A DNA stretch of 45,989 nucleotides, taken from Syntrophobacteria bacterium. GTDB lineage: Bacteria > Desulfobacterota > Syntrophobacteria > BM002. Location of the stretch: the NCBI GenBank assembly GCA_041560295.1, contig JBFFBS010000003.1, positions 1 through 45,989 on the forward strand, in the 5' to 3' direction. A program made the position numbers and the translations under genes. Of this stretch, positions 20,646 through 29,574 are shown in pieces. Each line of letters starts with the position of its first letter. Position 1 is the stretch's first letter. The notes under the pieces are model-generated. The model saw only the letters and a list, made by a program, of their open reading frames with translations. It was not told where the DNA came from and did no database searches.

Positions 20646-21227
20646 GTGGAAACGCAAGAGAAGAGATGGCTGAATGCTCGTGAGCTGAGCTTGGTGGCTC
20701 TTTTTGCAGCCTTCACTGGCATTGGTGGCTTCATTCGGGTTCCCATTCCTTTTGTGCCGCTTACATTGCAGACGCTGATGGTCATGTTTTCCGGCGTGAT
20801 TTTGGGAGGACGGCTGGCCGCTCTCAGTCAGCTAGTCTATATTCTAGTAGGGTTGATGGGCATTCCTATTTTTGCCCATGGGGGTGGACCTGGCTACGTC
20901 TTACAGCCCACCTTTGGTTACCTCTTGGGTTTTGTCTGTGGAGCCTACGTCATAGGTCGTTTTACTGAAAAGCGGAACCCCTTGACTCGCTCTTTCCTCT
21001 GTGTGGCTCTGGTGGTCGGCACCATAACAATCTACATTCCGGGAGTAAGCGTTCTCTATCTCAACTTGAACTTTATTCAACAAAAAGCTGTTTCCCTCAG
21101 TACAGCCATATACATAGGATGTCTTGCGGTTCTGCCCGGAGACTTGATCAAGATTGGCGTAGTGCTCTACTTCGGCCCTCTCCTGCGCCAAAAAATCCAA
21201 CGGTCTAAAGTGAATCCTTCTAGCTAA
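20646..21227 (+). CDS. bioY: Biotin transporter BioY
   Basis: VPLTLQT, GLMGIPIFA.GGG, PTFGYLLGF, GDLIK; hydrophobic throughout. Confidence 0.92.
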   Translation: METQEKRWLNARELSLVALFAAFTGIGGFIRVPIPFVPLTLQTLMVMFSGVILGGRLAALSQLVYILVGLMGIPIFAHGGGPGYVLQPTFGYLLGFVCGAYVIGRFTEKRNPLTRSFLCVALVVGTITIYIPGVSVLYLNLNFIQQKAVSLSTAIYIGCLAVLPGDLIKIGVVLYFGPLLRQKIQRSKVNPSS

Positions 21228-21492
21228 GGGGCCCTTGGACTCCATAAGACGTGGAACTCCCAAAAATCCTTGCTATTTCAGCACGTTTGTAGTAGTAGAG
21301 TGCAACTCTGTGGAGTGTCCGTTGGTGAGTTGCCGTTAGCTCAAATGAATAAATCAGTGGTCATGATGGCACAGTTTTAGCTACGCTCCAGAAAGAAGAG
21401 AAGACTGTTTGTCGGGTTCTGTATAATTAATTGTTCATCCCCTAAGATTCAGTTACGAGTTCGGCCAATTTTTTGAGGTATGGAGTGTTGTA

Positions 21493-22908
21493 GTGGGTTC
21501 GGACAACAAGGAAATGTTGCGTTCTCTACCGGCGGTTGACGAATTATTACGCCAAGAAGCTATCAGTGAGGCAGTGGAGACCTATCCTCGCACCCTGGTG
21601 GTGCGAGCAATACGGAACGTTCTGGACCGAAATAGGCAAGCCATCCTAAACGGAAAAGCCACTTTTGACTCGCAGGGGTTCGAGCTGGCTATCTTGGTGA
21701 AAGAGATTCTCGCGGAAATACAGCTCCTGGCCTCTTTCACCCTCCGTCGGGTTATTAATGGCACGGGAATCATTGTCCATACCAATTTGGGCCGTTCACT
21801 CCTCTGTCAGGACGCCTTGGACAGATTGCAGCTCATCGGTAGCGGCTACTCCAACTTGGAGTACGATCTGGAGGCGGGGAGAAGGGGTTCTCGTTATGTC
21901 CATGCCGAGGCCATATTGTGTGAAATAACCGGCGCAGAGGCTGCTCTCGTAGTCAATAATAATGCGGGCGCAGTGGTGCTTGTCCTCAACACCTTGGCTC
22001 AAGGCAAGGAAGTTGTGGTGTCGAGAGGACAGTTGGTTGAGATCGGCGGCTCATTCCGGATCCCCGACATCATGGCTCGGAGCGGCGCCCGTCTCAGGGA
22101 AGTGGGCTGCACCAATAGGACCCACCTTTCTGACTATGAAGGAGCTATCGGTCCGGAAACCGCACTCCTACTGGATGTGCACGCCAGTAACTATCAGATC
22201 GTCGGATTCACTGCTGAAGTTGGTCTAGAGGAACTGGTGGAACTGGGGCGCAAACATGAAGTCCCTGTCATGCAGGATCTGGGCAGCGGCTGCTTTGTGG
22301 ATGTCACTCCTTTTGGGCTCCAGGGAGAACCACTGGTCCAAGACACAGTCCGCTCTGGTGCGGATATAATTACCTTTAGTGGTGATAAACTGTTGGGAGG
22401 TACGCAGGCGGGAATTATTTTGGGGAAGAGAGAGTTCGTTGCGGAACTGAGACGAAATCCGCTCACCCGTGCCTTTCGAGTTGACAAGTTGACCCTGGCG
22501 GCTCTCGAGGCCACCCTCAGGCTCTATCGAGACGAAGATACTGCCATCCAGGCCATTCCCACCCTTAAAATGATTGCCACCGACCAGGAAACTCTGGTAG
22601 ATAGCGCCCAAGTTTTGCTAAAAGCTCTCCGGGCCAATATCCCTGAGTCAATTGAAGTGACAACAATGGATGGTTCATCGATGGTAGGCGGTGGAGCCCT
22701 GCCGACTCAAACAATTCCCACAACGCTGGTGGCCATCAGCTCCAAAGAAGTGTCAGCCGCCCGCTTGGAGGCACACTTTCGAGGATATGTGCCGCCCATT
22801 ATAGGCCGGGTGGAACAAGAGCTCTTCCTGCTGGATGTAAGGACTTTGCAGCCAGGCGACGAGGAAGCCATTGCAGCTGCAGCTGCCAAGCTGGAGAGCG
22901 TCAGCTGA
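21493..22908 (+). CDS. selA: L-seryl-tRNA(Sec) selenium transferase
   Basis: VINGTGIIVHTNLGR, NLEYDL, SRGQLVEIGGSFRIPD, FSGDKLLGG (PLP lysine). Confidence 0.96.
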   Translation: MGSDNKEMLRSLPAVDELLRQEAISEAVETYPRTLVVRAIRNVLDRNRQAILNGKATFDSQGFELAILVKEILAEIQLLASFTLRRVINGTGIIVHTNLGRSLLCQDALDRLQLIGSGYSNLEYDLEAGRRGSRYVHAEAILCEITGAEAALVVNNNAGAVVLVLNTLAQGKEVVVSRGQLVEIGGSFRIPDIMARSGARLREVGCTNRTHLSDYEGAIGPETALLLDVHASNYQIVGFTAEVGLEELVELGRKHEVPVMQDLGSGCFVDVTPFGLQGEPLVQDTVRSGADIITFSGDKLLGGTQAGIILGKREFVAELRRNPLTRAFRVDKLTLAALEATLRLYRDEDTAIQAIPTLKMIATDQETLVDSAQVLLKALRANIPESIEVTTMDGSSMVGGGALPTQTIPTTLVAISSKEVSAARLEAHFRGYVPPIIGRVEQELFLLDVRTLQPGDEEAIAAAAAKLESVS

Positions 22909-23000
22909 TGGTTGTCAGTGTTCCGTCGTCGAATGTGGCATTGTGAAAGCTCTTCTTACCCTCGATCCGCAGTGTCGAATGAAATTATGAGCAGTATGCT

Positions 23001-25178
23001 ATGAGGATTACCATGGGACTCTACTCCACTGAGTTGACCCCAGCGGATATGATGGACCAACAAAGCGTTTTCCAACAAGAGATGGCTGATCTGCTGGGCT
23101 GCCGACACCTCACCATTCTTCCTCCTTTCCCTGACTACACTCTTTTGAGCCAGAACCATTCTCCGAAAGCTCTCCTGAAGGTAGTCAATGAAGTGATTCT
23201 CAGCCGGCGACCTGCCTATGAGAAGGAACTCGGCTGGCTTTTACTTCCCTTGGTCCGAGGTGAGGGCGTGCTGGGAGTTCTCTTTGCTGAAGAGGTGGAC
23301 CAGAAGTATGCCAATGCTGAAAACCTGAAGTATCTGGAGCGACTAGCTCGCCTCTGTATTGACAGATTGCAGTGGGAAAAAAGAGGCTGGAGAGATGGGG
23401 AAACTTCGTTGTGGCGGCGAGAGGTGTTGATGAAGGAGGTAAACCGCGTAATTAACCTGGCAGAGAGCGGCGGCAGTTTGACTCCCAGGCGATTGCTCGG
23501 CGACGGCCCCAGGGTAGAGCAATTTACCCTCATCTGTTTTGCCGTCACCCCAGCCCCGGATTCGTGGGCTGGGGCCGGGCCAATCTGGCAGCAACTGGGT
23601 CCGGACCTGGCGAAGTTGCTGCCAAGCGAGGCTCTGGCTGCGCACCTGGGAGGTGGCTATGTTGGAATCTATTGGCCTAAGGCGAAGGTAAAAGATGCTC
23701 ACCTCTGGGTTGAACGGTTCCACCAAACCCTGAGTGGTAGCGACAGGGAGATAGGGACAGGTGACGATGAGTGGGATCTGGCGGCGGGAATAGTACGTTT
23801 CCCTGAAGATTTTTACGATGACGGTCCCTCACTCCCCTGGGAAAAGAGCGATCTCGGCGTGAAATTGACCGCTGCCGATGAAGTGATGCGAAGGGCAACC
23901 CTGGCGGCGGAGACGGCGAAGGAGAAAGATGAGACAATATTGGCATACAAAACACTTCGTGAACAAGGGTTGGTAAAATTAGAGTCTGCCATTGAAAAGC
24001 GGCTCTCCTCTTTGGTTGCCGACGACGAACCGGGTGCTCTCCTGTTGGTCAAGCTAGACGATTGGGAGGTATGGCAGAGGCAACATGGCTCAAAAGAAGC
24101 TGCCAATCGGGCTAAGCGCGTCCTGGCGGCCAGTGAAGGTGAGTGTCCTGTAGACGCTGTAGTGGATTGGGCGGGACCAGATCGGTTCGGGGTTTTCTTG
24201 CCCGGTGCAGATGCTGATTCTGCCCAAGAACAGGGGAGGGCTATTCGTCAGCGAGTAAAGTCGGCGTTGAGCACCACGGTGCAGATGGGTATCAGCGTTT
24301 ATCCCTGCCCGGGTTTTGCCAAGCAGGACATACTGGACAACGGTCGCAAGGCACTGATCCATACAGGGTTCTTCGGGCCCAATACCCAGACTGTCTTTGA
24401 CGCGACCAGCTTGAATATCAGTGGGGATAGATTTTATGAAAGCGGGAGTTTAGAAGAAGCGGTACAGGAGTTCCAAAGAGCCCTGACCTTAGATCCCGAT
24501 AATGTGAATGTCCACAATAGCCTTGGGGTTTGCTACGCAAACATTGGTAAGTTCGAGGAAGCAGTTGCTGAATTTTCCAGAGTAACCGAACTGGAACCAA
24601 ACGATTTCATGGCTCATTACAATCTGGGCTGCGGACTGCTCAGCCTAGCACGCAAGGGCGAAGCTGAGCACGCCTTCAGTCGGGCTGCCGGATTAGAACC
24701 TGATAATGCTGCCGCCTATTTCCAGCTGGCAAAGCTGTGCAGAAAGCAAGATAGGCTGGAAGAGGCCCTGATTCACCTTGGGCGCACCGTAGATTTGAAT
24801 CCCAATTGGGCTAAGGCGTGGCGATTGTTTGGTGAGTGTCTCCTAGAGCAGGGGAGCCACGAAGAGGCCATGGATGCTTTCAAAAAAGCTCTCAAGATCA
24901 ATGGGAAAGATGGGGCTGCACTGAGCGGTCTTGCTCTTTTGTATGGACGTACGGAGACAAACCTGGAGGTGGCCCTTTCTCTAGCACGTCGCAGTGTTGA
25001 ACTGAATCCTGCCAATGCTTTGTTTGCTCAGAGATTGGTAGAGTTGCTGATACGAAACCGAGAATTAGAGGAAGCCCTGGCACAATGCGAGCGAGCTGTG
25101 GCAGTGGCCCCACAGGACGAGCAGCTTCGCCGACTACAGGAAAAGATCACTGCAGCTCAGCGGGTATCAACCTCATAG
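23001..25178 (+). CDS. Signalling protein with GAF-like N-terminus, two degenerate GGDEF-like domains and C-terminal TPR repeats
   Basis: DGETSLWRRE (cf. D.LTGL.NRR); AHLGGGYVGI and WAGPDRFGVFLP at the GGDEF loop positions; about 7 TPR units (e.g. HNSLGVCYANIGKFEEAVAEF). Confidence 0.7.
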   Translation: MRITMGLYSTELTPADMMDQQSVFQQEMADLLGCRHLTILPPFPDYTLLSQNHSPKALLKVVNEVILSRRPAYEKELGWLLLPLVRGEGVLGVLFAEEVDQKYANAENLKYLERLARLCIDRLQWEKRGWRDGETSLWRREVLMKEVNRVINLAESGGSLTPRRLLGDGPRVEQFTLICFAVTPAPDSWAGAGPIWQQLGPDLAKLLPSEALAAHLGGGYVGIYWPKAKVKDAHLWVERFHQTLSGSDREIGTGDDEWDLAAGIVRFPEDFYDDGPSLPWEKSDLGVKLTAADEVMRRATLAAETAKEKDETILAYKTLREQGLVKLESAIEKRLSSLVADDEPGALLLVKLDDWEVWQRQHGSKEAANRAKRVLAASEGECPVDAVVDWAGPDRFGVFLPGADADSAQEQGRAIRQRVKSALSTTVQMGISVYPCPGFAKQDILDNGRKALIHTGFFGPNTQTVFDATSLNISGDRFYESGSLEEAVQEFQRALTLDPDNVNVHNSLGVCYANIGKFEEAVAEFSRVTELEPNDFMAHYNLGCGLLSLARKGEAEHAFSRAAGLEPDNAAAYFQLAKLCRKQDRLEEALIHLGRTVDLNPNWAKAWRLFGECLLEQGSHEEAMDAFKKALKINGKDGAALSGLALLYGRTETNLEVALSLARRSVELNPANALFAQRLVELLIRNRELEEALAQCERAVAVAPQDEQLRRLQEKITAAQRVSTS

Positions 25179-26362
25179 CCGTTGGCACTCAGCGCCTTCA
25201 GCAGTTCCTCAATGTGGTCCGAGCCCCTGGTTTCCACCTCCAGTTCTACTCTACTTAATTCCACCGGCAGATGCCGCCCCAAGCGATCGTGGTAGACGTG
25301 AAGAATGTTGCCGCGGCAGTCAGCGACCACCTTGATAAGGTTAGCGAGGGCACCAGGGACATCCCTCAGTTGCACTGAGAACCTCATGATTCTATGGCTC
25401 TTGAATAGCCCTTTTCGGAGGATTCTTGCCAGCAAATGAGTGTCGACGTTGCCGCCGCTTATAACAAGAACCACCGCCCGTCCGCGCAGATTACCGAGTT
25501 GCTTGCCCGTGAGTGCTGCCAGCGGGACTGCGCCACTTCCTTCGGCCAAAATCTTTTTGCGTTCCAGCAACTCGAGCATGGCGGTGGCGATCTCCTCCTC
25601 CTCCACGGACACCATGTCGTCGACCAACCGCTGGATAATGGCAAAAGGAAGTTGTCCTACTTTTTTGACGCTGATACCGTCAGCAATGGAATCCTTGGCT
25701 GGAATATTGACAGGTTTACCCAGCTTGAGAGCAGCCATGGATGAAGCGCAGGCAGCTGCCTGCACGCCGATAATTGATGTTTGCGGGCGAAGGGACTTTA
25801 CCGCAGTGGCAATTCCGGCAATGAGGCCACCGCCGCCAACTGGAATCAGGATTATTTCCACCTCGGGTAACTGAGAGACAATTTCCAAACCAATAGTCCC
25901 CTGGCCGGCTATGATATCTTCGTCGTCATAAGGGTGAATGAGGGTTAGGCCGCCTGCTTCTAAGGTGCGGGCCTGGTTTAAACTCTCTGTCAGGCTTGTG
26001 CCGGCGAGGATCACCTTGCCACCGTATGATCGGGTGGCAATTTGTTTGCTGATGGAGGCCCATTCGGGCATGACGATTGAGGAGGGTATGGACATCAGGT
26101 GTGCAGCATGGGCTACTCCCTGAGCATGGTTACCTGCTGAGGCTGCCACCACGCCCTTCGGACCAAGGGTGTCGCGTATCTTTGTTAGCTTGTGGTAAGC
26201 CCCCCGGAATTTGAATGAACCGGTCCTTTGAAGATTCTCCAATTTAAGATAGACTTTGGCATCAAAACGACTGCTGAGGTAATTAGAATAAACCAGCGGG
26301 GTTTCGAAGGCGATGCCTTCCAGTATCGTTGCGGCCTGGTTGATCTCTTCAAGGCGAAGCAT
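25157..26362 (-). CDS. ilvA: Threonine ammonia-lyase (medium form with ACT domain)
   Basis: KLENLQRTGSFKFRGA, ASAGNHAQGVA, PVGGGGL, SGGNVD and C-terminal ACT domain. Confidence 0.93.
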   Translation of the reverse strand: MLRLEEINQAATILEGIAFETPLVYSNYLSSRFDAKVYLKLENLQRTGSFKFRGAYHKLTKIRDTLGPKGVVAASAGNHAQGVAHAAHLMSIPSSIVMPEWASISKQIATRSYGGKVILAGTSLTESLNQARTLEAGGLTLIHPYDDEDIIAGQGTIGLEIVSQLPEVEIILIPVGGGGLIAGIATAVKSLRPQTSIIGVQAAACASSMAALKLGKPVNIPAKDSIADGISVKKVGQLPFAIIQRLVDDMVSVEEEEIATAMLELLERKKILAEGSGAVPLAALTGKQLGNLRGRAVVLVISGGNVDTHLLARILRKGLFKSHRIMRFSVQLRDVPGALANLIKVVADCRGNILHVYHDRLGRHLPVELSRVELEVETRGSDHIEELLKALSANGYEVDTR

Positions 26363-26580
26363 GGTTTTATTCCTCAGTATGTTCGATGGTGAGAAGCCGG
26401 CAATAGCCAGTGAACGAAAGGTGCAAAAATCTGATACCTTAGCCTAATAACAGAACAGGGATTGACCGTCAACTCTGCCATGTATTGTCAGAGTTCTCAT
26501 TATTGCTGGCAGAGCGTGAGCCTATTAAATTATGAGAAAGTAGTAGGTTTTGTGCCAATATGAACCGGAAGGAGATGGAT

Positions 26581-27576
26581 ATGAACGTAAGAAAAAAGCG
26601 AAGGAGTGGTTTGTTGGTCTTATATCTGGTAGGGGCACTGTTCAGCCTGAGCGCAGCCGGATGCGCATTTGTTAATGTAACCCTTTATCAGCCGGCATTA
26701 CCGTTACAGGAGAAGGTTATTGAAGGAGAAGGACCGGGCAAAGTACTCGTAATGGATATAAGCGGAGTCCTAACCTACGACCAGGAAAAGAAGGGCTCCA
26801 GTTTCAAAGAACAGGTCAACCTGGTTGCCAGAGTGAAGGAGGAACTGGGAAAAGCGTCCCAGGACAATGAGGTCAAAGCTCTCGTTCTTCGCATCAATAC
26901 GCCGGGAGGAACCGTCAGTGCCAGTGATTTGCTGCACCACGAGATCATGCAGTTCAAGAAGAAAAGAAACGTCAAGGTAGTTGCTTGCTTCCTCGGAATG
27001 GCCACATCAGGAGGATATTATGTTGCCAGTTCGGCCGACCATATTGTGGCCCAGCCAACTACCTTGACCGGCAGCATCGGCACGATAGCACTTAAATTCA
27101 ATGTACAGGGATTGATGGAAAAGGTGGGTGTTGAGGAAGAGACGGTGAAGTCAGGAAAAAAGAAGGACATGTGGTCTCCCTTCCGGCCAGCAACGAGTGA
27201 GGAGAAAGTGATTTTTCAACGAATCATTGACGAGTACCAGAGTAAATTTTTAGAGGTGGTTCGAGCGGGAAGAAAGAACATAACTGACTCGGACCTGACC
27301 ACGGTGAAAGACGGACGGGTCTTTTCCGGCACCCAAGCGCTCAGACTGCACTTGGTAGATGAGTTGGGTTACCTCAACGATGCTGTGCAGTGGGCAAAAG
27401 CCGCGGCGGGGGTGGAGAAAGCTCAGGTGATTATATACTATCGGCCTGGAACGTATATAGACAATATCTATTCTAAATCACAAGGAGAGGCATTGAGCTG
27501 GGCGGACCGGTTGCAGCAGGGAGAGCTACTGCCCCAGAGGTCGGAACCGCGCTTTATGTATCTTTGGCTGCCGTGA
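26581..27576 (+). CDS. sppA: Signal peptide peptidase SppA (S49 family), probable lipoprotein
   Basis: LRINTPGG, ATSGGYY, TGSIG, DGRVFSG; lipobox-like AAGC. GGAG RBS favours ATG 26581 (alternative 26560). Confidence 0.88.
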   Translation: MNVRKKRRSGLLVLYLVGALFSLSAAGCAFVNVTLYQPALPLQEKVIEGEGPGKVLVMDISGVLTYDQEKKGSSFKEQVNLVARVKEELGKASQDNEVKALVLRINTPGGTVSASDLLHHEIMQFKKKRNVKVVACFLGMATSGGYYVASSADHIVAQPTTLTGSIGTIALKFNVQGLMEKVGVEEETVKSGKKKDMWSPFRPATSEEKVIFQRIIDEYQSKFLEVVRAGRKNITDSDLTTVKDGRVFSGTQALRLHLVDELGYLNDAVQWAKAAAGVEKAQVIIYYRPGTYIDNIYSKSQGEALSWADRLQQGELLPQRSEPRFMYLWLP

Positions 27577-27722
27577 GGCCGTGGGAATTTGGGATTTTGT
27601 AATGAGGATTGCGAAATGACGATTGAGTTCCTCTCAACTACTGGCTAATGGATTCTTTGCTGGCGGATTTCGTATTTCCCGTAAACTGATAAACTGACCT
27701 AAGAAAATGGGTTAAGGAATGA

Positions 27723-27751
27723 TTGACGGAATGAGCGGGATTTTCTATGGT
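27723..27751 (+). promoter_or_regulatory. Putative sigma70 promoter
   Basis: TTGACG-N17-TATGGT, 50 nt upstream of the aminotransferase ATG. Confidence 0.5.
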
Positions 27752-27800
27752 AGAGGTCTTGTAGCTGGGAGAGGGTGAAAAAAAGTGAGAGGAGTAAACT

Positions 27801-28784
27801 ATGACATTACCCCATCTGGGTTTGGAGGACTGCAAACGTCTGGCAGAGGATATGGTCAAGCCCTATCATCAGAACTATCTAGCCATGTACAGCAGTGTTC
27901 TGGGGGGTGTGGTCACCGACCCTTTTCTTATGACCATCCCTGTGGACGATCACATGGTTCACCGCGGCGATGGGATTTTCGAGGCCTTTAAGTGCGTCAA
28001 CGGTAATATTTATAATCTCGGAGCTCATCTGGAACGCTTGGAGCGTTCGGCTCGGGCGGTATATTTGACGTTACCAGCAAGCGTGGAGCAGATTACCGAT
28101 CTCGTGGTTGGGACAATACGCATAGCCGGAGTCCGGGATTGTCTGATTCGGCTTTTTGTCTCTCGCGGCCCAGGAGGCTTCACAACCAATCCCTATGAGT
28201 GCCCGTCCTCCCAGATCTATATCGTTATCTGTAATCCCAGTATATACCCAAAAGAGCAATCAACAGAAGGTGTCCTTATAAAAAGTAGCAGCATTCCGGT
28301 AAAAAAGTCCTACTTTGCCACCATTAAGAGTTGTAACTACCTCCCCAACGTACTCATGAAAAAGGAGGCGGTGGATGCGGGGGTGCAGTACACTGTATCA
28401 ATAGATGAAAACGGCTTTCTGGGTGAGGGATCCACTGAAAACATCGGTTTGGTGACGCCGGACCGTACTCTCAAGTTTCCCCGGTTTGCCAGAATTCTCA
28501 AGGGTACCACCGTAACCCGGGTTGCAGAATTAGCCGAGTCTCTGATTGCAGACGGCATACTTGAACAAGTGGTGTTCGAGGACATAACATTGAACGAGGC
28601 ATACAGCGGTGCTGAGATTCTGCTTTTTGGAACCACCTTTGATATCCTGCCAGCAGTGATTCTTGACGGCCATGCCATCGGATCCGGCAGGCCCGGCGAG
28701 ATTTACCAGTTACTGCATGAATTGTTGAAACGCGACATTGAGGGTAACTCGGCTCTTCATACTCCGGTGTTTGAAACAGCATAG
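27801..28784 (+). CDS. PLP-dependent aminotransferase class IV (D-amino-acid transaminase/ADC-lyase-like)
   Basis: HRGDGIFE, HLERLERSA, KSCNY, EGSTEN, ILKGTT. Confidence 0.88.
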   Translation: MTLPHLGLEDCKRLAEDMVKPYHQNYLAMYSSVLGGVVTDPFLMTIPVDDHMVHRGDGIFEAFKCVNGNIYNLGAHLERLERSARAVYLTLPASVEQITDLVVGTIRIAGVRDCLIRLFVSRGPGGFTTNPYECPSSQIYIVICNPSIYPKEQSTEGVLIKSSSIPVKKSYFATIKSCNYLPNVLMKKEAVDAGVQYTVSIDENGFLGEGSTENIGLVTPDRTLKFPRFARILKGTTVTRVAELAESLIADGILEQVVFEDITLNEAYSGAEILLFGTTFDILPAVILDGHAIGSGRPGEIYQLLHELLKRDIEGNSALHTPVFETA

Positions 28785-28810
28785 TATCAGGCGCAGAGCG
28801 CATAAAGCAT

Positions 28811-28890
28811 CCTTCGACCCATTCGACCCATTCGACCCATTCGACAGGCTCAGGGCAGGCAGGCTCAGGGCAGGCAGGCTCAGGGCAAGT
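28811..28890. repeat. Nested REP-like repeat: (CCATTCGAC)-type x4 then (AGGCTCAGGGCAGGC)-type x3
   Basis: Read directly. A variant of the joined unit lies on the minus strand at 43766-43790. Confidence 0.85.
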
Positions 28891-28980
28891 AGCTCGTGGC
28901 GTTCAAACTCATTGGATTGACAAGCATAGGTTGCTGGTATAGAAGAGGCGAAAGCTCCGAAAGGAAACTCAGGTGCGGCC

Positions 28981-29574
28981 ATGGAGAATATGAAAACTAT
29001 TGTTGATCGCAGTTTCGAGGAAAGTATAGAGGCAAAGCGCAGATGCATGGAGCGAAACCAGGAGTCATTGATCAGAGCCGCCACCATGATTGTGGACGCC
29101 TTTAACAATGAAAACAAGTTGATGCTTTTCGGAAATGGTGGTTCTGCTGCGGACGCGCAGCACATTGCGGCGGAATTTGTTAATCGCTTTATGATCGAAC
29201 GCCCACCGCTACCGGCAATGGCATTAACCACAGATACCTCTGTTCTGACGAGCGTGGGGAACGATTACACTTTTGATGACGTTTTCAGCAAACAGATAAA
29301 GGCCCTGGGGATGGAAGGTGATGTGGCCTGGGGCATGAGCACAAGTGGAAATTCGGTCAATGTGGTGGAAGCATTGATCGTGGCCAGAGAACGGGGACTG
29401 CGCACCATCGGTATGACTGGTGCCAACACCGGCAAAATGGCTGAGGTGGCGCAGGTGCTGCTCGGGGTAGATGCAGAAAATACCGCTCGCATTCAAGAGT
29501 GTCACATCACCATGGCCCATATCATCTCTGAACTGGTGGACTACCAGCTTTTTCAAAGGCGTGTATCTCAATGA
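28981..29574 (+). CDS. gmhA: D-sedoheptulose 7-phosphate isomerase
   Basis: GNGGSAADAQH, NDY, STSGNS, RIQECH. Confidence 0.95.
   Translation: MENMKTIVDRSFEESIEAKRRCMERNQESLIRAATMIVDAFNNENKLMLFGNGGSAADAQHIAAEFVNRFMIERPPLPAMALTTDTSVLTSVGNDYTFDDVFSKQIKALGMEGDVAWGMSTSGNSVNVVEALIVARERGLRTIGMTGANTGKMAEVAQVLLGVDAENTARIQECHITMAHIISELVDYQLFQRRVSQ

Noticed and set aside
21228-21492. tRNA-Sec (selC) upstream of selA
   Set aside because: No cloverleaf, T-loop motif or TCA anticodon arm recognisable.
28811-28890. Possible CRISPR array
   Set aside because: Units are 9 and 15 bp, contiguous, with no unique spacers and no cas genes.
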